A stretch of DNA of 32,597 bases. Origin: a virus (Duplodnaviria; Caudoviricetes). The stretch lies in the IMG/VR virus record IMGVR_UViG_3300005758_000413, positions 1 to 32,597 of that record; one strand, written 5' to 3'. The position numbers and the translations under genes were made by a program. Below, piece after piece: positions 16,442 through 24,280 of this stretch (position 1 is the stretch's first letter; every line of letters begins with the position of its first letter). Under the pieces are notes generated by a model that made no database searches, was not told the DNA's origin, and saw only the letters and a program-made list of their open reading frames with translations.

Positions 16442-16995
16442 CCACGCACTTTGAACACGCCTGCCTCATGCGTGATGCCGGGGCCGTCAAGCGATATCAC
16501 ACGGTTCGCACTGCACGCATCCAAACCGTCGCTGAACACACGTTCGGCGTCATGCAACTGATCCAACAAATCTACCCCGACGCACGGAAGGAAGTCTTGT
16601 TGGCCGCGATGCACCACGATCTTCCAGAATACGTGACGGGCGATGTGCCTGCACCCATCAAGCGCCAACTCCCACGACTGGCCATCTTGCTGGAAGAAGC
16701 CGAGCGCGGTACTGCCCCGCTCTACCAAGACTTCAACTTGACAGCGTTTGAAGAAGCCGTTGTCAAGTGGTGTGACTTGATGGAGTTGGTGCTTTGGTGT
16801 CTGGAAGAAGTGCAAATGGGCAACACCTACGCGATGCACCCGTGCATCAAGGGGCTGTCCTGGCTCTGGGACGCATACGACGGCCTCGTTGCGCAAAACC
16901 CCATGACCAACACTGCGCGAAAATTGCTGCGTGAGACCACTGAGGCCGCACGCAAGGCCGGAATCACACTTACCGTAGAACACACAAAGGATTGA
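16438..16995 (+). CDS. HD-domain deoxynucleotide phosphohydrolase (YfbR/DatZ-like)
   Basis: VKRYH, TVAEH, HHDLPE..TGD.P.P.K, VK.CD..E. Confidence 0.88.
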   Translation: MTTHFEHACLMRDAGAVKRYHTVRTARIQTVAEHTFGVMQLIQQIYPDARKEVLLAAMHHDLPEYVTGDVPAPIKRQLPRLAILLEEAERGTAPLYQDFNLTAFEEAVVKWCDLMELVLWCLEEVQMGNTYAMHPCIKGLSWLWDAYDGLVAQNPMTNTARKLLRETTEAARKAGITLTVEHTKD

Positions 16996-17000
16996 ACAAC

Positions 17001-17453
17001 ATGAGCGCAAACGATACCCAAGTTGCGGGCACGCACTACCGCACCGAGTTCCAGCATTGGGACCTCGTGGTGGCCACTGGGATGGGATACTTTGAAGGTC
17101 AAGTGAGCAAGTACACCACGCGCCACCGCAAGAAGAACGGACTGCAAGACCTCGAGAAGGCGTTGCACTTCGCACGCAAGGGCTACGAACTTTCCATGTC
17201 CGGCCGCATCTCGCCACGCCTGCACCCCATTGAAGCGGCCATCGTGCTCTTTGATGACTACGCCCACGCCAACGAGCTCAACGTGGTGGAGTCCACCATC
17301 GTGCGCCGTGTTGCTCAGTGGTACGCCCCCAAAGACTGGCGAGACATCATCCAGTACATCCAACGGCTCATCACCCAGCACTACGAACCAGTCGACGAGG
17401 CGGGCGAACACGACGCCGAAGCTGGCCCGGGCTACGTGAACCAGGACCGTTGA
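17001..17453 (+). CDS. DUF3310 (SaV / T7 gp1.7-like nucleotide kinase) domain protein
   Basis: QV.G.HY, Q.WD, YFEG...KY..R.RKKNG..DL.KA.HF. Alternative start TTG 16992. Confidence 0.85.
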   Translation: MSANDTQVAGTHYRTEFQHWDLVVATGMGYFEGQVSKYTTRHRKKNGLQDLEKALHFARKGYELSMSGRISPRLHPIEAAIVLFDDYAHANELNVVESTIVRRVAQWYAPKDWRDIIQYIQRLITQHYEPVDEAGEHDAEAGPGYVNQDR

Positions 17454-17454
17454 C

Positions 17455-18339
17455 ATGACCGCCATCCCCACACTTGAGCAAGCCCGCCCATTCCTGCGGT
17501 TCGTGATCGCCCGTCACCGGGTGTGGATCAACCGCACTGCGGGCAAGCCTGCACCCTGGACCGATGACGCCATCTTGCAAAACTATCGGTTCTGCAACGT
17601 GTATCGAGAACTGGACAAGGTGACGCTCTGGGTTCGCAAGAACTGGAGCGCCGACTACGGTAGCGACCCCGATCTTTGGTTTGCGATGGTGGTGGCTCGC
17701 CTAGTGAACTTGCCCAGCACGCTCAACCGTTTGCAGCCGTTGCCGTGGGTGCCGAAACGCTTTGTGGAAACGCTGGAGGCGCAAGCTAAGGTCGGCGTCA
17801 CGGTGTTCGGGCCTGCGTACATCGTGTCCACCAACGGGCACGCCATGCCGAAGGCGCAGTATCTAGCCGACATGGTGCTGAACCCTATGTGGAAGGCCCG
17901 TGCTGACCTGCGCCCGCAAGAGCGCGAACCGTTGCAGGCGTATCACGCACGGCTGATGTCTATGCAAGGCATGGGGTCGTTCATGGCCGCGCAAGTGGTG
18001 GCTGATATCAAGAACACGCCGGGGTCGCAACTGCGCAAGTCCAAAGACTGGTGGGACTGGGCTGCGCCCGGGCCTGGGAGCCTGCGTGGCCTGAGCCGTG
18101 TGCTGGGCCGTGGTGCGGTTAGAACTGGCCTGCGCGAGCCTGACTGGTTGGCCGGGGTGCAGTATTTGCGCGATCAAGTGAACGATCGCTTCACGTCACT
18201 GGGCTGGGAGCCAGTGTGTTCGCAAGACACCCAGAACTGCCTCTGTGAGTTTGACAAGTACGAACGCGCACGGCTGGGCGAAGGTAAACCGAAACAGAAG
18301 TTCCCGGGGGCGGGCAGTCAAACGGAGTTGTTCAAATGA
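17455..18339 (+). CDS. 5-hydroxymethyluracil DNA kinase (aGPT-Pplase1 / 5-HMUDK helical family)
   Basis: P.PWT.D.IL..YRFCNVYRE.D, G.GSFMA.QVVAD, PGPGS.RGL, QNCLCEFDKY.R. Confidence 0.9.
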   Translation: MTAIPTLEQARPFLRFVIARHRVWINRTAGKPAPWTDDAILQNYRFCNVYRELDKVTLWVRKNWSADYGSDPDLWFAMVVARLVNLPSTLNRLQPLPWVPKRFVETLEAQAKVGVTVFGPAYIVSTNGHAMPKAQYLADMVLNPMWKARADLRPQEREPLQAYHARLMSMQGMGSFMAAQVVADIKNTPGSQLRKSKDWWDWAAPGPGSLRGLSRVLGRGAVRTGLREPDWLAGVQYLRDQVNDRFTSLGWEPVCSQDTQNCLCEFDKYERARLGEGKPKQKFPGAGSQTELFK

Positions 18340-18578
18340 GTGCCGTGTACGGATGCCACAATCACGCGCCGTTCAAGCCGTTCGTTGAGGTGCAGGCCGG
18401 GTGGAGCGCAGCCACGATGCCCGGGGTAGAACCCAGCACGCGCCGCCCGCACGTCATACGGATACCCTTCCGCATGTCCATGGACTGCAAGTATGATCTT
18501 CACCACGTGGATCCAAAGTGCAAGGGGTGTTCACATGTTGCGCCACCGCAACAAATGGAATTTTCTTTTGATGTGTGA
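18336..18578 (+). CDS. Small Cys/His-rich hypothetical protein
   Basis: ATGA overlap with the kinase gene; YGCHN, C.Y...DPKC.GC.H. Confidence 0.7.
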   Translation: MSAVYGCHNHAPFKPFVEVQAGWSAATMPGVEPSTRRPHVIRIPFRMSMDCKYDLHHVDPKCKGCSHVAPPQQMEFSFDV

Positions 18579-18650
18579 AGAAAGTTCTTGCGCTCTTCTA
18601 AGAATATCCTGAAACTTCAGTCATACCGCAACCACTCACTGGAGTTCAAC
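18573..18650 (+). promoter_or_regulatory. Early promoter cassette, copy 2
   Basis: TTGCGC (18588-18593), 17 bp, GAAACT (18611-18616); shares GTGTGAAGAAAGTTCTTG and TCATACCGCAACCACT with copy 1. Confidence 0.8.
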
Positions 18651-18890
18651 ATGCCCGCCAACACATACAACCCCAACGTCCGCCACCTGGACACCGCCAT
18701 CGCCATCCTCGGCGCAGGCAAGCAAAACCGCAAGCCTCGTACCCCAGCCGTTCACCTCATCGACCTTGGCGGTGTGTTCGCCGTGCAAGTCAACGGCAAG
18801 ATGGTTGCGCAGTTCATCGATCACGCCGAGGCCCGCGCTGACGCTACCCGCCGCGCTGACAAAGTTGGCGTCACCGTGTTGGAGTACTGA
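18651..18890 (+). CDS. Small hypothetical protein
   Basis: GGAG RBS directly after promoter copy 2. Confidence 0.75.
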   Translation: MPANTYNPNVRHLDTAIAILGAGKQNRKPRTPAVHLIDLGGVFAVQVNGKMVAQFIDHAEARADATRRADKVGVTVLEY

Positions 18891-18894
18891 CACC

Positions 18895-19278
18895 ATGACC
18901 CGCATCAACCTAGTCCACCCCTCCACGCTTTGCGACAAGCATCTGGGCGCTGAGTACCGTGAGCTCCCCCGTGTGTTCGGCCTAGTGCGTGCCGCTGCGG
19001 CCCGTGGTGAGCGCCCCGCTGACCCCCGCAACCCTACGGAGTTCCGTCTTGGTTCTGGCCATGTCCGGTTCTTCTATCCACGCCTCGGCTGGCTCGTTGA
19101 GCGGTACATGCTGCTCGTGCAGGAATGCCAGCGTCGCGGCCGCACCGTCAACTTCACCGCACCGGACACGCACGGCATTCCCGTTGAGTGGTTCGGCTAC
19201 TGGCAACCCAATGAGCGCGATCTTGCGCTGTCCCAGGCCCGCATCTTGGCCAAACTTCCTAAAGGAGCACAATCATGA
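18895..19278 (+). CDS. denV: Pyrimidine-dimer DNA glycosylase / endonuclease V
   Basis: MTRINL......L.D.HL.AEYRELPRVF ... F.LG.GHV.FFY..L..L..R...L..E...RG, matching the T4 endonuclease V pattern. Confidence 0.95.
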   Translation: MTRINLVHPSTLCDKHLGAEYRELPRVFGLVRAAAARGERPADPRNPTEFRLGSGHVRFFYPRLGWLVERYMLLVQECQRRGRTVNFTAPDTHGIPVEWFGYWQPNERDLALSQARILAKLPKGAQS

Positions 19279-19490
19279 CACGCCCTACCCCCTACAACAC
19301 CGGCAAAGTGCAGATCGGCAGCATGTACGAGCATCGCCAAACCTATCAACCCAGCCGTGACATGGAACGGCTCCAGACCGCCATGCTGGGTCGCCCCGAA
19401 ACCCTTGGTGAAAAGATTGCCGGGGTGGTGCTGGCCGTTGCGATTGGTGTGGGCATGGCGTGGCTCTTGGTGGCATGGTGGTCGTCATGA
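19275..19490 (+). CDS. Small protein with a C-terminal transmembrane helix
   Basis: AAGGAG RBS; hydrophobic C-terminus. Confidence 0.75.
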   Translation: MTRPTPYNTGKVQIGSMYEHRQTYQPSRDMERLQTAMLGRPETLGEKIAGVVLAVAIGVGMAWLLVAWWSS

Positions 19491-19717
19491 ACTACAACAT
19501 CGTCGCCGCTGTTCTGCTGGTGCCCGCCATGCTGGGGCCGCTTATCCGAGCGTCATACGTGCTTTGGCGCGAGTGGTCCTATGAACCCACGGCTGGTGAC
19601 AAGGTGGCCATATTCATGGAAACGTACTTTGTGAGCCTGCTCGTATCAATCTTGTCCGTGTTCGTTGTCGGTTTCAACGTAGCCGTTGGAATGTTTGTAT
19701 GGGGTCATCTATTATGA
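19487..19717 (+). CDS. Small two-TM membrane protein
   Basis: ATGA coupling; two hydrophobic stretches. Confidence 0.65.
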   Translation: MNYNIVAAVLLVPAMLGPLIRASYVLWREWSYEPTAGDKVAIFMETYFVSLLVSILSVFVVGFNVAVGMFVWGHLL

Positions 19718-19860
19718 ACAACGAAACACTGAGCCAAGTCCGTGATGACTTTTGGTCTGCGGCCTTCAAGAACGGTTTTCGCTGCGGTGTCATGCGTGAT
19801 GGCCACTACTCCCGATTGGACCGCGACTGGGTGATCATGTTTTGCGGGGGTGCGATATGA
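19714..19860 (+). CDS. 48-aa hypothetical protein (not in the ORF track)
   Basis: ATGA overlaps at both ends fill the gap exactly; MNNETLSQVRDDFW... Confidence 0.55.
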   Translation: MNNETLSQVRDDFWSAAFKNGFRCGVMRDGHYSRLDRDWVIMFCGGAI

Positions 19861-20129
19861 CAGACAAACCCGTTGACGTCGCGGATACCATTGCCGGGGC
19901 GCTGGGCGTCAGCCGAGCCACTGCATACGACTTGATGTGGCAAGCGGGGAAACAATCTTGGCAGCACGAGGCACGCATCAAAGAGGTCTTCACCCTTGCC
20001 CGCCGTTGGTCTACAAACCGCCGCACCACGGAAACCCGGCTGGCCACGATGGTCACGAGTGCAAAGGATGCCAAGAAGGCTCAACTGCGCAACGACGCCG
20101 CATTCTTGCAAGCCCTGCGCGACCTGTGA
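19857..20129 (+). CDS. Hypothetical protein with an HTH-like segment
   Basis: IAGALGVSRATAYDL; last gene before the terminator. Confidence 0.65.
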   Translation: MTDKPVDVADTIAGALGVSRATAYDLMWQAGKQSWQHEARIKEVFTLARRWSTNRRTTETRLATMVTSAKDAKKAQLRNDAAFLQALRDL

Positions 20130-20158
20130 CTGTTGCATAAATACAACACCCCACCCAT

Positions 20159-20182
20159 GAGGCCCCCTGCGGGCCTCTTTTT
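20159..20182 (+). terminator. Terminator of the + strand early operon
   Basis: GAGGCCC-CCTGC-GGGCCTC-TTTTT. Confidence 0.85.
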
Positions 20183-20346
20183 ATTGGCCAACGTACTCGG
20201 CAAGAGTCGGCAAAATCCGGGCATGGCGACCCGTTTGTTGGCTGGGGGAGGCTACCCCCTCGGCAAATGCCAAAAAGCGCCCGCCTGACCCAGCTTTTGG
20301 CCAAGTCAGACGGGCCAAGACGGGAGCCACCCCGCCGAGGAGACAC

Positions 20347-20820
20347 TCATGGCAACTGGGAAGCACGGGCTGCGTCGTAGAGCGCCGTGCATTGGTTCAG
20401 GGCTGTTTGAAGCTGGGCTGCGTCGGCAGCGTACCGGACAAGAAATTCTGCATCTGGTTGAGCCAGTCCCGCTCCGGTGCAGCCAACGGGGGCATCGGTG
20501 GGAGTTGCGGGGCAGGCGGGCACGCTGGCACGGGCTGCGGGGCGGTTGCGCAGGCTTGCAAGAAGAGCGTCACGCTCAGTACGATGGCGAGTTTCTTCAT
20601 GGTGTGCTTTCCGTAGTTGCGCGTCATACTGCAGACGCAAAGATTGTTCCACTGCGCGGGCCAGTGCAACCGCGTCGGCGTGGGCTTCGGCAGTCTGGGC
20701 ACGATCAATCGCCCATGCGTGCTCTACCGTTGCTTTGCCCGTGTGATACGCCTTCCAGTGCGTGGCCGCAAGCAACACCGCAACACAAACGGCAAGGGCT
20801 ACACGGAAGGAGGTGATCAT
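20347..20820 (-). CDS. i-spanin (Rz-like)
   Basis: N-terminal TM, Ala-rich coiled coil, C-terminal cysteines; follows the endolysin with an ATGA overlap. Confidence 0.8.
   Translation of the reverse strand: MITSFRVALAVCVAVLLAATHWKAYHTGKATVEHAWAIDRAQTAEAHADAVALARAVEQSLRLQYDAQLRKAHHEETRHRTERDALLASLRNRPAARASVPACPATPTDAPVGCTGAGLAQPDAEFLVRYAADAAQLQTALNQCTALYDAARASQLP
20397..20600 (-). CDS. o-spanin (Rz1-like) lipoprotein embedded in Rz
   Basis: MKKLAIVLSVTLFLQAC lipobox; Pro-rich mature part; alternative frame inside Rz. Confidence 0.85.
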   Translation of the reverse strand: MKKLAIVLSVTLFLQACATAPQPVPACPPAPQLPPMPPLAAPERDWLNQMQNFLSGTLPTQPSFKQP

Positions 20821-21299
20821 TGGTGCGTCTCCATGCACTGTTTGAACTCGGCTTCGCGCCGTAGGGTCAAACCCCGCACGGGCTGGCCCTGGAACTTGTC
20901 CCACCGCAAGATTTCGCGGCAGGCTCCGGGATAGTCACCGGAGTTCAGTTTGCGCACCAGTGTAGATCCGCAGAACGCCCGTGAGCCGATGTTGTAAGCG
21001 AGGCTCATGAAGGCGTCATACTCGTTCTGTAGAAGTGGCACCTGCACGCACTGGCGCAGGGCACCTTCAAACCGTTGGATGTCCACCAGTGCCCGCGCAA
21101 GTGCTTTCACTGGGGTGGTGGTGTCTTGCGGGCCGAGCGGGGTGCCATCGGGGCGCGTAGTGGTGCCGAAGCCGTTGGTCCACTTGTCGCCGGGCAGGGG
21201 TTGCACGGCTCGGTCGGTGTAGCCCTCATGTGTCAGTAGACCCACGAACGCCGCAGCGCTCAGGGTCAACACGGCTACCGCTGACCGGGTTTTATTCAT
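20817..21299 (-). CDS. GH24 lysozyme endolysin with SAR-like N-terminus
   Basis: Ala-rich hydrophobic N-terminus, HEG...D.WT.GFG.T, YDA..SLAYNIG..AFC.STL..KLN, GL..RR.AE. Confidence 0.93.
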   Translation of the reverse strand: MNKTRSAVAVLTLSAAAFVGLLTHEGYTDRAVQPLPGDKWTNGFGTTTRPDGTPLGPQDTTTPVKALARALVDIQRFEGALRQCVQVPLLQNEYDAFMSLAYNIGSRAFCGSTLVRKLNSGDYPGACREILRWDKFQGQPVRGLTLRREAEFKQCMETHQ

Positions 21300-21528
21300 C
21301 TTCGTTGGCCTCGGCCTTCTGGCGTGCGAGCTTCAAGTGCTGCGCCTTGAACCAGATGTTGACAACAAGGCCCGCCAAGGCAATCACCACGCCGGAAAGC
21401 GCCGCGAACTCGTTTGCCGATAACCCAAAGATCACCGCACTGGCCGACCCGGTGTAGGTGGCTGTCGTTGCGGCTTTGGAGATCAGGGCGCTTGCCGTTT
21501 CCGTGGTGGTGTGCGCAGTGGTGCTCAT
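21292..21528 (-). CDS. Holin (possibly a pinholin)
   Basis: 78 aa, hydrophobic core with charged C-terminus, directly upstream of the endolysin. Confidence 0.8.
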   Translation of the reverse strand: MSTTAHTTTETASALISKAATTATYTGSASAVIFGLSANEFAALSGVVIALAGLVVNIWFKAQHLKLARQKAEANEDE

Positions 21529-21563
21529 GGCGGGGGTACTTCCTTGTCAGCGTAGATGCGGGG

Positions 21564-21752
21564 TCAGCCTGCGGTGGCAGTGGGCTCAGGTTTTGGCTTT
21601 GCCGCCGCTTCAGCCTGTTGCGCTTGCTTTTGGGCTTGCATCTTGTTCAGCAAAATCCACGCGCCGGACTTGGTCGGCAGATCACCCAGAATAGTTTCCA
21701 GGAACTGCTCGTCTTGTTCGTTGAGCGTGTAGGTGCGTTGATTGGGGGTCAT
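21564..21752 (-). CDS. Small hypothetical protein downstream of the tail fiber genes
   Basis: GAGGA RBS before ATG 21752 (MTPNQRTY...). Confidence 0.65.
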   Translation of the reverse strand: MTPNQRTYTLNEQDEQFLETILGDLPTKSGAWILLNKMQAQKQAQQAEAAAKPKPEPTATAG

Positions 21753-21811
21753 AGTGGTTTCCTCGCGGGGTAGTTGGTTGAGCGGGGCATGGACTACACC
21801 CCGCCTGCCAA

Positions 21812-22177
21812 TTATGCCGCTCCGGGATGCACCGGGTATGTCATAACCGTTGCTTCTTGTTGCAGCGCAGCGAGGCGGGCCTGCTCCAGTGCAGCGGCTT
21901 CCGCAGCCGCCTGACGTGCCGCCATTTCGTCGGCGATGCGTTGCTGCTCCGCTGCGTATGTGGCCAACACCTCGGGCGTCCAGGCTGCGTTGCAAATCGC
22001 GACCACGTTTGCGGGCACACCCGCAAGGTCTTGCCCCGGTGTCAGCCGTGATCGGTAGAAAGTCTGGGCCAGTTGTTCAGCGCCGCGCATTAAACGGGTC
22101 GCCTCGCGGTATAGGACATGACCGTGCTCTGTGACGGTGATTTGATCGATACTTTTGGTTTCAGTGATTTGTGTCAT
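21812..22177 (-). CDS. Tail fiber-associated (assembly/chaperone-like) protein
   Basis: GGAG RBS; D.I.V...G.V..R.AT...L.PG.D......V.AIC.A.WT pattern typical of genes following LDDYEEG-type fibers. Confidence 0.7.
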   Translation of the reverse strand: MTQITETKSIDQITVTEHGHVLYREATRLMRGAEQLAQTFYRSRLTPGQDLAGVPANVVAICNAAWTPEVLATYAAEQQRIADEMAARQAAAEAAALEQARLAALQQEATVMTYPVHPGAA

Positions 22178-22193
22178 GGTGTGACTCCATTGG

Positions 22194-24266
22194 TTATGCT
22201 GCTGCGATGTACGTCATTCCGAGTTGAAAAGGTTTGCTCGCCCCAGACTCAGTGTTATTCACGCCCTGAACCCAGAAGCCGTATTGGTAGTCAGTGGATG
22301 AACTGTTGTCGATAATCAAGCCATGGTTGTTCGTGCTGGCTCCGTAAGACCCTTGACCGATACACCCACCGGCTGAAAGCTGAGCTGAGAAAGGTAGGTT
22401 GATGGTGAAATATGTGTTGGTTCCAGACGCTGAGACATTGAATGTCCCCGTGATTTCGCAAGTAACCTCTCGACCGACTTTCACATAGATGGCAGAAACG
22501 ATAGAAATGTTTGAGCAATTTATGATCGGGTTGGCTGCTGGGTTAAACCCACCCTCCTCATAATCATCCAGCGTGTTGGCGTTGGAGGATGGGTTCTGAG
22601 TGGCGGGGAACTCCAAACGGCCCGCCTGGAGCTTCATGTATCCGCTGTCACCGCCTCGGCCCCAAAGTGCCGGGTATCCATCACCGTCACTCAAGACGAC
22701 ATATTTGTCTAGCGTACGAAGGTCAATACCCGCGCCAACACCAGAGAAATTTCCAACAAATGTGTTCTTAGACCCCGTGGTCATAAGTTGGCCGCTGGAA
22801 TATGTGTCTGAGTTTGAACCTACGAAGGTGTTCAAACTGCCCGTCGTAAGGAGGTATCCCGCACCAGAACCGAGGAGAGTGTTGCTATACCCGGACGTCA
22901 AGTTAATGCCGGTGACTTCGCCCACGCCGACGTTGAAATTTCCGGTGAGCGCTCCACTCGAACCATACCCGGATTGACGACCGATAAAAGTGTTTCGAAT
23001 ACCCGTCGTCACGCCGAATGCCGCTTGATACCCGACTGCAGTGTTGTTCGCGCCCGTGGTGTTTGCCCGAAGAGCGCTTACCCCGAGTGCCGTGTTGTTC
23101 TCACCCGTCGTATTGAGTAAGAGCGCACCGTACCCCGCCGCAGTGTTGCCGCTGGCGGTAGTGTTGGAATAGAGCGCTGCGTCACCAAGAGCCGTGTTCG
23201 TGGTGCCCGTAGTGTTCGAGTAAAGCGCCGCCCACCCCGCAGCGGTGTTTCGGCCCGTGGTGTTTGATCGCAGCGCCTGTGAACCCACGGCTGTCACGCG
23301 AGTTGCGGTAGTGGTAGAAAGTGCGGCTTCATACCCAACGGCTGTCGTATAGTCCGCAGAAGTGCCCGCAGCCAAAGCGCCCGCACCGACAACGGTGTTG
23401 GAAGAAACTGCTCCGCCACCACGACCCACGCGAACCCCGTAGTGGTACGAGTCATTGTTGACAGTCAGGTTCGCCACCGTGCCGCCCACCACTGCGGCCG
23501 ACTGCCACGCTGACCCGTTGTAGATGCGCAGTTCGTTGTTGACGGTGTTGAAGTATTGGTCACCCACGGTCAGCGGGTTGCCATCGTTGTCCACCGTGGG
23601 GTCACTAGACTTCGCGCCGAGGTACGTGTCGGTGAACTCATCAAGCGCCGCAGCCGCCGCAGCCGCAGACACCGCCGCAGACGTTGCCGAACCCGATGCC
23701 GCCGTTGCACTTGTTGCCGCTGCGCTGGCCGAGTTGCCTGCGTTGGTGGCGCTGGTGCTGGCATTGGACGCGCTGGACGCCGCATTGGTCGCACTGGTGG
23801 ACGCCTCGCTGGCCTTGATGGTTGCCGTGCTGGCGCTGGTGCTGGCCGAACTGGCCGAGCTTGCTGCGTTGGTGGCGCTGGTGCTGGCCGAACTGGCCGA
23901 CGTAGCCGCCGACGTTGCCGAGTTGGCTGCGTTGGTGGCTGAGGTAGCCGCCTCGCTTGCTTTGGTGGTCGCAGTGGACGCGCTGGAGGCCGCGCTGGAC
24001 GCCGAGCTTGCCGCATTGGTTGCGCTGGTGCTGGCCGAACTGGCCGACCCGGCTGCACTGGTTGCGCTTCCGGCCGCAGCCGTTGCACTCGTGGCCGCTG
24101 CGCTGGCGCTGGTTGCGGCTGCGGTGGCGTTGGTGCCGACATCCGTTTGGAGCTCGTTCAGCTCTTCTTGGAACTGCGGTAACGCGCCCAGGAAGGCGTC
24201 GCCCCGGGCTGCGAAGTTTGCGGGATCCTGCCGACTGGGCGGGGTTGGTAGTGGGGTCAACGGCAT
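22194..24266 (-). CDS. Tail fiber / receptor-binding protein
   Basis: Ser/Ala/Thr heptad stalk (lambda Stf-like), 14-residue NTA.G..AL..NTTG solenoid repeats, C-terminal domain after ANTLDDYEEG. Confidence 0.88.
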   Translation of the reverse strand: MPLTPLPTPPSRQDPANFAARGDAFLGALPQFQEELNELQTDVGTNATAAATSASAAATSATAAAGSATSAAGSASSASTSATNAASSASSAASSASTATTKASEAATSATNAANSATSAATSASSASTSATNAASSASSASTSASTATIKASEASTSATNAASSASNASTSATNAGNSASAAATSATAASGSATSAAVSAAAAAAALDEFTDTYLGAKSSDPTVDNDGNPLTVGDQYFNTVNNELRIYNGSAWQSAAVVGGTVANLTVNNDSYHYGVRVGRGGGAVSSNTVVGAGALAAGTSADYTTAVGYEAALSTTTATRVTAVGSQALRSNTTGRNTAAGWAALYSNTTGTTNTALGDAALYSNTTASGNTAAGYGALLLNTTGENNTALGVSALRANTTGANNTAVGYQAAFGVTTGIRNTFIGRQSGYGSSGALTGNFNVGVGEVTGINLTSGYSNTLLGSGAGYLLTTGSLNTFVGSNSDTYSSGQLMTTGSKNTFVGNFSGVGAGIDLRTLDKYVVLSDGDGYPALWGRGGDSGYMKLQAGRLEFPATQNPSSNANTLDDYEEGGFNPAANPIINCSNISIVSAIYVKVGREVTCEITGTFNVSASGTNTYFTINLPFSAQLSAGGCIGQGSYGASTNNHGLIIDNSSSTDYQYGFWVQGVNNTESGASKPFQLGMTYIAAA

Positions 24267-24280
24267 GGGGTCTGCTCCAG

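Noticed and set aside
20183-20346. Convergent intergenic gap with short TCGGCAA/GGCCAA repeats and small - strand ORFs
   Set aside because: The repeats are short and irregular and the ORFs lack an RBS or motifs; not enough to call an att site, RNA or gene.
22194-22600. Fiber C-terminus as a diversity-generating retroelement target
   Set aside because: No reverse transcriptase and no template-repeat copy seen in the window.
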